A model generated the notes under the pieces. It searched no databases. It saw only the letters and a list, made by a program, of their open reading frames with translations, and was not told the origin of the DNA. Position numbers and translations under genes: made by a program. From Hydrurus foetidus (taxonomy: Eukaryota), in NCBI GenBank assembly GCA_900617105.1, contig UYFQ01000027.1:1-64000 (forward strand): a DNA stretch of 64,000 nt. The letters run 5' to 3'. This document shows positions 58,385 to 64,000 of the stretch, piece after piece (position 1 is the first letter of the stretch; each line of letters starts with the position of its first letter).

Positions 58385-61300
58385 TCACGAGGAATGTGTG
58401 AATACGAAGGTCCAGGCAACCACAGTATTTTTCTGCCACTGTTTTCTTTGAAGGCTGTACAAGAAACTTGCGTTTGAATGCGCGGTCTGAGAGCTATTAC
58501 CAAGGTGAGTTAGATGGGAATCTAGTTTACTAGCATCCGATGGACAAGGAGCCGGGGAAGGGGAGGCAGACGAGGATCTCCCAGACAACGCTGAAGAGGA
58601 GGAAGAGGGAAAGATGTCGTCAGCATACGTTCTCTTCCTGCTATATCCTGTAGAAGCAAATATCAAATCTTCAAAAGGAATGATTTCCGTGAGACAGAAT
58701 CCGTGCACAGTTGCGAGTCGCTCTACCTCCCACTCTAATGCTTGGGACAACAGAAGTGTCACCATCACCCTGGGACCTCGTACCCTTCCATTCCTGATTC
58801 CCACCCCCACCCTTCCTTCTTCCTGACTCTCCAGCTCTGAGTCACTGCTGCTGTAATTTTGATTTCTGGAGAGCAATGCAGTCTTAAGAACTTTTTTGAG
58901 AACGTTCTTTGCGCTTCGGAACACTCCGTCCAGAAGGTGCATGTGTCTTCCTCTGGCAACCCAGTGGGTATCGAAATCGGATGATCTGCCGCTCTTGCTT
59001 CTCTTAATCTTCTCTTTGCTAGGGCTTTCTATGGGATCTGTTTGAGATCCTGCACTGTCACTGTCACTGTCACTGCCATTGTCAAAATCACCCTTGCTGC
59101 TGCTGCTGCTCTCAGTGCTGTCTGAGAACTCTTCTGCTGACAGCTGAGGCCCCTTGACAGCACTGCCACTGTCACCATCCATTGACTTCTGCTCACTACT
59201 GACTGTGGAAATTTTAGGAAATCCAGATTTTCCCCTACGTGCATTGGAAGCATCTGACCCCGTGTTCAGGGCGTCAGCGAATGGAAAGTTGAAGATGACC
59301 GTGTCGAATGCTTCCCCCTGGAAGTCGGACATGAGGACATTTGTCGCATCTACTTGATACATAACCCTGTGTCCACTCTCCTCCTCTACTGCTTTAGAAG
59401 GAGATCCACTATCACCGCGCTCTTCAGCAATGTGCACCACTTTGCTATTGCTACTATTGCTGCTGCTATTGCTGTCTGTTGAAAGAGAAATACCCTTTCT
59501 GTCTCTTGACGCTCTAGAAGTACTGCCAGTGATAAACCGCACGTTCTCTTCTGCTCCAGCATACTTTCTGAACAATGACGATTGCGTCTCAAATGAAGTG
59601 GCGATGATATGCAGTGGTACGGAATGTGGCAGATCCACAATCTGGTGTCTTGCTGTGCCTTCAGGGGTGACATCACTGCAAAGTATCTCTCGCCCTCTCC
59701 CTCTCCCTACTCCTCTCTGCCCATCTGATGAACGCTTTCCCTCCTCAATCGCCACCAAATTCTCATTTTCATCTTCATCTGTACGTACTATTCTGTCGAC
59801 TCGTCTGTTGTGAAGTGAGAGCCTCTCCTGCTGTAGCTTGATGAGCGAAGCGGAGAAGGAAATATCTCCATCCCCCAGAATAAGAATGCGAATTCTCTTA
59901 GGAACATTACCTTCTTCTTCTTCTTCTTCTTCTATTCCTAACATTCCTACTGACGAGTCACACGTACTTGAAGAACTATCCTTCCAGTTAGTCCCCTTTA
60001 TGGAGCCCTGTATACTCTCAAAGAAACTGCAGTAGAGAAACTCAGTGGTGGGAGACACGCCATGCGCACTGCTGCCAGTGCTAGTGTGAGTATGTTTTGT
60101 GGAGCTCAGGAAATTCTGGGTTAACTCCACAGCAGCACTTATCCTAGGGTCTGTGAAGAATGATCCCTTTGTGTCCTGTTTAATGTCCCTGTCTTTGCCT
60201 TCCCCACTCCCATCTCCATCCTCGTCTTTATTACCCCCAACCTCATCCATATCTCCTATTAGTCCAGTCCTGCAGCCCATGAAAGAGAGAATCTCATCGC
60301 AAGCATCACTTGTGCGATAGACATATTCCGATTTATCCCCAGTATTCATAATCCTGTTGGTCCTTGTACTTCTGGTTCTTCCTTCATTTCCTGCACTCTC
60401 ATCCTTCCAGACAACAGTGTTAGCAAGTAAGTAGCGTATGAAATCAAGACCCTCTCTATAGACAGATGTGCTAGATGCAGAACCTTCTCCGTTGAGTGTT
60501 CTGATCGCTTGTAATGTAAGGAGATGCAGTGATTTATCGAGCACTGTTCCATGCAATATATTCAAACAAGTTATCACGTCCAAGTTGCTGTAGCTTTTCT
60601 GCCATGAAGAATGCTGCTTGAATTCGGTTAGAACAGCATGCACATTCTTCCAGGATGGAGAGTTCGCCATAGCGGTGATAAATATTTCTAAGGTTATAAA
60701 GTTTGAAACTCCTGAAGATTTCATATTCACATTATTTGCCACTGCATCAACATGAGGAGAAGAAGCAGTAGGGTTATAAAGTTTTGAAGCGTTCACTGCC
60801 CTTGAAATTGGAGAACAGAAATCATCGTTGAAGTGCAGATGTAGAGAATTCAGAAGTGACGCAGAGCTTGGAGTACCATCGATTGCATCGACGTTCTGAG
60901 CAGTCATCACACTGAGTGAAAAGACATCAAGAAGTCTTCTCGAGACGTTCATCTCTTTGATCTTCTTGAAGAGTTGGGCTGATTGTCCACTTCTTCTGTT
61001 GGGTTTCATTTGCTGCACTGAATGTACCATCATCATGAGAACATTTAAATCAACAGCACCTGGTGGTGAAGAAACGTCACTGGTGAAGTCGACACACTTC
61101 TTTCCATCACTGGAACAATCCGCAGAGAGCCCAACATTTATACCCACGAAAGCGGTGTTGGTCGATTCTGAATATGACCCGTCACATTTATCTACTTTGC
61201 TACCATCCAAGCATCTAGAGCTTGACGAATGAAGTCGTTTCATTTCGTTTTTGCTAGTCACATCATGTAAGGAAATTAAGTCACCAAAGCGAGAATGATC

Positions 61301-61603
61301 CCTTTTTTCTAGTAACTTCTCCATGAGACCAAGCAATTCAGTGCTCCCTACAGGTCCCTCGACAACTTCCAAATATTCTGTTATTTCCCTAGTCCCTTTA
61401 TCCCGACGGGATCGCACGACTATTTCAGTCATGCGGTCGATTCTGCGCCTAAATTCGCTGCATCCATCAGAGTTCACTTCGAGAGGATAAATCCTCCGCA
61501 CAGCAAAGTGCTTCCTTGAGTGTGACGGAAACCTCCATAACCTGTTGCAAGAAATCGTATCGTAGAAGAACAGGTGCCACGCAGAGAGGACCAGGTAGAG
61601 CAT
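58385..61603 (-). CDS. Large intronless protein with a BMT5/DUF2431-like (25S rRNA uracil-N3 methyltransferase-type) domain; start uncertain
   Basis: Motifs RILILGDGDISFSASL, IIATSFET...LFRKY, VMYQVDAT, FDTVIFNFP, HLLDGVFRSA, VMVTL...WEV, PF...GY, separated by Ser-rich insertions. Confidence 0.75.
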   Translation of the reverse strand: MLYLVLSAWHLFFYDTISCNRLWRFPSHSRKHFAVRRIYPLEVNSDGCSEFRRRIDRMTEIVVRSRRDKGTREITEYLEVVEGPVGSTELLGLMEKLLEKRDHSRFGDLISLHDVTSKNEMKRLHSSSSRCLDGSKVDKCDGSYSESTNTAFVGINVGLSADCSSDGKKCVDFTSDVSSPPGAVDLNVLMMMVHSVQQMKPNRRSGQSAQLFKKIKEMNVSRRLLDVFSLSVMTAQNVDAIDGTPSSASLLNSLHLHFNDDFCSPISRAVNASKLYNPTASSPHVDAVANNVNMKSSGVSNFITLEIFITAMANSPSWKNVHAVLTEFKQHSSWQKSYSNLDVITCLNILHGTVLDKSLHLLTLQAIRTLNGEGSASSTSVYREGLDFIRYLLANTVVWKDESAGNEGRTRSTRTNRIMNTGDKSEYVYRTSDACDEILSFMGCRTGLIGDMDEVGGNKDEDGDGSGEGKDRDIKQDTKGSFFTDPRISAAVELTQNFLSSTKHTHTSTGSSAHGVSPTTEFLYCSFFESIQGSIKGTNWKDSSSSTCDSSVGMLGIEEEEEEEGNVPKRIRILILGDGDISFSASLIKLQQERLSLHNRRVDRIVRTDEDENENLVAIEEGKRSSDGQRGVGRGRGREILCSDVTPEGTARHQIVDLPHSVPLHIIATSFETQSSLFRKYAGAEENVRFITGSTSRASRDRKGISLSTDSNSSSNSSNSKVVHIAEERGDSGSPSKAVEEESGHRVMYQVDATNVLMSDFQGEAFDTVIFNFPFADALNTGSDASNARRGKSGFPKISTVSSEQKSMDGDSGSAVKGPQLSAEEFSDSTESSSSSKGDFDNGSDSDSDSAGSQTDPIESPSKEKIKRSKSGRSSDFDTHWVARGRHMHLLDGVFRSAKNVLKKVLKTALLSRNQNYSSSDSELESQEEGRVGVGIRNGRVRGPRVMVTLLLSQALEWEVERLATVHGFCLTEIIPFEDLIFASTGYSRKRTYADDIFPSSSSSALSGRSSSASPSPAPCPSDASKLDSHLTHLGNSSQTAHSNASFLYSLQRKQWQKNTVVAWTFVFTHSS

Positions 61604-62053
61604 CTTTTCTTACGGAGCCTGGCAGCGTCTACTGCGCTGCCTGGCGCAGCCAACAATTGGCGTTAGCTGATGATGATAGCGTGGTGAGATTCCAGACAGA
61701 TTGGACATATGTATGCAGTATGCGTGCGAAGTGAGCTGTGAGCTGCATGCTGCAAGCTGCATGACTGAAAGTCTCCTGCCATTTCTGTTGCATGATTCGA
61801 CACCGATTTCTGTCATATTTTTCGGAACACATACGGAATATTCTAAAAGTTGTACGCAAAAGCGAATTTTAGTCGAAGAAAGCAAAAGAAAACTCTTCAC
61901 GTCTCACGACATGAAGACAAAGCGAAAAGCGACAAACTCATCACTCATCGGTCACAGTGCTGGACGGATATTTATTCAGCGATGAACAGTTGGGAGAGCA
62001 GTAACGAGTTCTGTAGCGACGAAGCAATCATTTGAACCGCTCATGATTTTATT

Positions 62054-63643
62054 TTGAAGGATTTGGTGGGACTGTTCATGGAACGGATGTCGCAACCATC
62101 TGTCGACAGGAAATCTGAGCTGTTAGTGATAGCGCGCCGTTCAAGGATTAAATGGATTAAAGACGCTGATGATTCTGTAACTGAAACCGGGAGCAGGAAA
62201 CTGAAACTTTCTCCAGCTTTAGATAAAGCAAATCCTGTCCTCCCCTCAGCCTCTGCGAAAAAAGAAACTTCACACGATGCATTTCAGCGGGCATTTGATC
62301 TTCTCACTAACATAATCGCTGATGGCGAAACAATTGATGTCGGGTCATTGCTTCCCACTGATAGCATGACTGATGACGAATATAATGAGGGGGGAATCAA
62401 GTCGGCATCAACGACCACGGAGATGTCTCTTAGTGAATACACGTATCCACAATTTCTCCTCAACCTTTGCGCACGGAGCAATGTGGCAATCGTGAAAACC
62501 ATGCAACAATTTGTATCCAATTTCGAATCTAAAATACGCACACGTTCAACTTCTCTAGACGAGAAAGTGAACCAAGTGGAGATGTCCCGAGGAGCAGACA
62601 GCATATGGGCTTTCATAGACCGCATCGCCGCTGAGATAGCTGAGTCTTCGAAGACACTTTGGTCTGGCGATCATTCTGACTGGCGTGAGTTGACTAGGAT
62701 CTACTGCGAGAAGTTCGTTTTCGGTAAAATATACTGCTCAACATTTCACAGTTCCTTCGAGGATTACTTTTTAAATGAAAAACTGTCGGAACGTATACAG
62801 TCATTGTCGTTCTTGAGGCCGGAGCATCTCGATATTAAGACGTTTGGCGACGGCAGCTGTCACAATCCTAACTCAACGACACGGACATCTTCTGGGAATC
62901 CATCTGTGGAGAACAAGTGGTGGTTGGAATATGTAGACGAAGCGGTCTCATCGATCCTACAACTGCAGTACGCATCATGTCCCCATGATAAATTGAATTG
63001 TATCAAGAGGATGTCATCTGCTGTTGAGAGATCACTGCGCAGCGCACACAACGAAACTGATGGTGATAATGACAGTGGAAGGGGAGTGATGATTCCTATC
63101 GGAGCTGATGACGTACTTCCCCTCCTCATCCTGTGCGTGAAGGAAAGCAACCCGCCTCATCTCCATTCAGAATTAAAGTACCTGCAGACGTACTTGGAAC
63201 CCTCTCAGTCATGTGGTGAAGCAGGGTACTTAGTCACGCAGATCGCATCAGCTGTCAACTTTCTAGAAACTGTCGATGCGACAGCACTCACAATATCCAC
63301 TGACGAGTTCAACAGATCACTAAGGAGGGTGCAAGGGAGTGAAGTGCCACTGAGAAGCACTGTTGCAGCACTGACCATCGGGAGCAGCGAGAGAAACAAT
63401 GTCCCTAAAGGTCTAGGATTGCGCACTCGTGAGTCAGAGATGGGACTGGGTGTCTCAGCAATGCAGAACACCTCTCACCGCCACTACCTTCCTGCAGATC
63501 ACAGTGCTGGAGGGTCGACTAGTCGCGCCCAACCTGCTGAGCGATCAGACTGCAAGCAAGCCTCCTCTACTCTTCTAGAGGTGTATCTGAGTAGGGGCAG
63601 AAAGCTGTCAGCTGTCCGTAGAATCGTGTCATCTTCATCCTGA
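62054..63643 (+). CDS. VPS9-domain Rab5-family guanine nucleotide exchange factor (first in-frame ATG at 62078, or an upstream exon)
   Basis: CEKFVFGKIY, LSERIQSLSFLRPEHLDI, CPHDKLNCI, GADDVLPLLI, NPPHLHSELKYL, GEAGYLVTQIASAVNFL. Confidence 0.9.
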   Translation: MKDLVGLFMERMSQPSVDRKSELLVIARRSRIKWIKDADDSVTETGSRKLKLSPALDKANPVLPSASAKKETSHDAFQRAFDLLTNIIADGETIDVGSLLPTDSMTDDEYNEGGIKSASTTTEMSLSEYTYPQFLLNLCARSNVAIVKTMQQFVSNFESKIRTRSTSLDEKVNQVEMSRGADSIWAFIDRIAAEIAESSKTLWSGDHSDWRELTRIYCEKFVFGKIYCSTFHSSFEDYFLNEKLSERIQSLSFLRPEHLDIKTFGDGSCHNPNSTTRTSSGNPSVENKWWLEYVDEAVSSILQLQYASCPHDKLNCIKRMSSAVERSLRSAHNETDGDNDSGRGVMIPIGADDVLPLLILCVKESNPPHLHSELKYLQTYLEPSQSCGEAGYLVTQIASAVNFLETVDATALTISTDEFNRSLRRVQGSEVPLRSTVAALTIGSSERNNVPKGLGLRTRESEMGLGVSAMQNTSHRHYLPADHSAGGSTSRAQPAERSDCKQASSTLLEVYLSRGRKLSAVRRIVSSSS

Positions 63644-64000
63644 CACAGCCACCGATTGATTCACTTTCACTACTGTACAGCGAAACAAGCCCTGCCTCGG
63701 TTCGTAGCAAATTCGGCTACTCATCCTGACACTTTACTGCCGAAACAACCAGCAGCGCCGTCTTAAGAATGTTTCGACCGAGCAATCTCGAGAACATGTT
63801 ATCTAAACACTCCCATCCATCATGCGTCATGCGTCATGCGCCACTGATGTAGTGTATGACAAGACCGGATAGATGGTGACACTGTGTATGATTAGATTGG
63901 ATAGATGCCGCTGTCCTGCTCTGACCCAAATGGAAATACCACGATGCTGAAGATCGCATTATCACTAGCTTCGCTTTACCACCACGCACGTTGGTATCGA

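Overview
Eukaryotic, intron-rich genomic DNA, most likely from a plastid-bearing stramenopile (ochrophyte, possibly a chrysophyte; inferred from ASAFAP-like bipartite presequences). From 5' to 3': (1) a chromodomain-bearing Ty3/Gypsy LTR retrotransposon nested inside the integrase region of a Ty1/Copia element; (2) a 3-exon microbial (type-1) rhodopsin-like gene with 8 predicted TM helices, an unusual Q..E...D / S...K retinal-pocket signature and no C-terminal enzyme domain, which is the best novelty candidate; (3) a ~25-kb kinesin gene with one 14.8-kb intron filled by a hierarchical pentamer-based satellite (~477-507 bp higher-order units); (4) an intronless membrane alpha/beta-hydrolase with Gly in place of the catalytic Ser; (5) a giant coiled-coil GRIP-domain golgin; (6) a probably plastid-targeted parvulin PPIase that the ORF track misses; (7) a CsgA-like SDR with HxxxK instead of YxxxK; (8) a BMT5/DUF2431-like methyltransferase; (9) a VPS9-domain GEF. 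All calls come from motif recognition and manual splicing by eye; no database searches were run, and exon and LTR boundaries are hand estimates.
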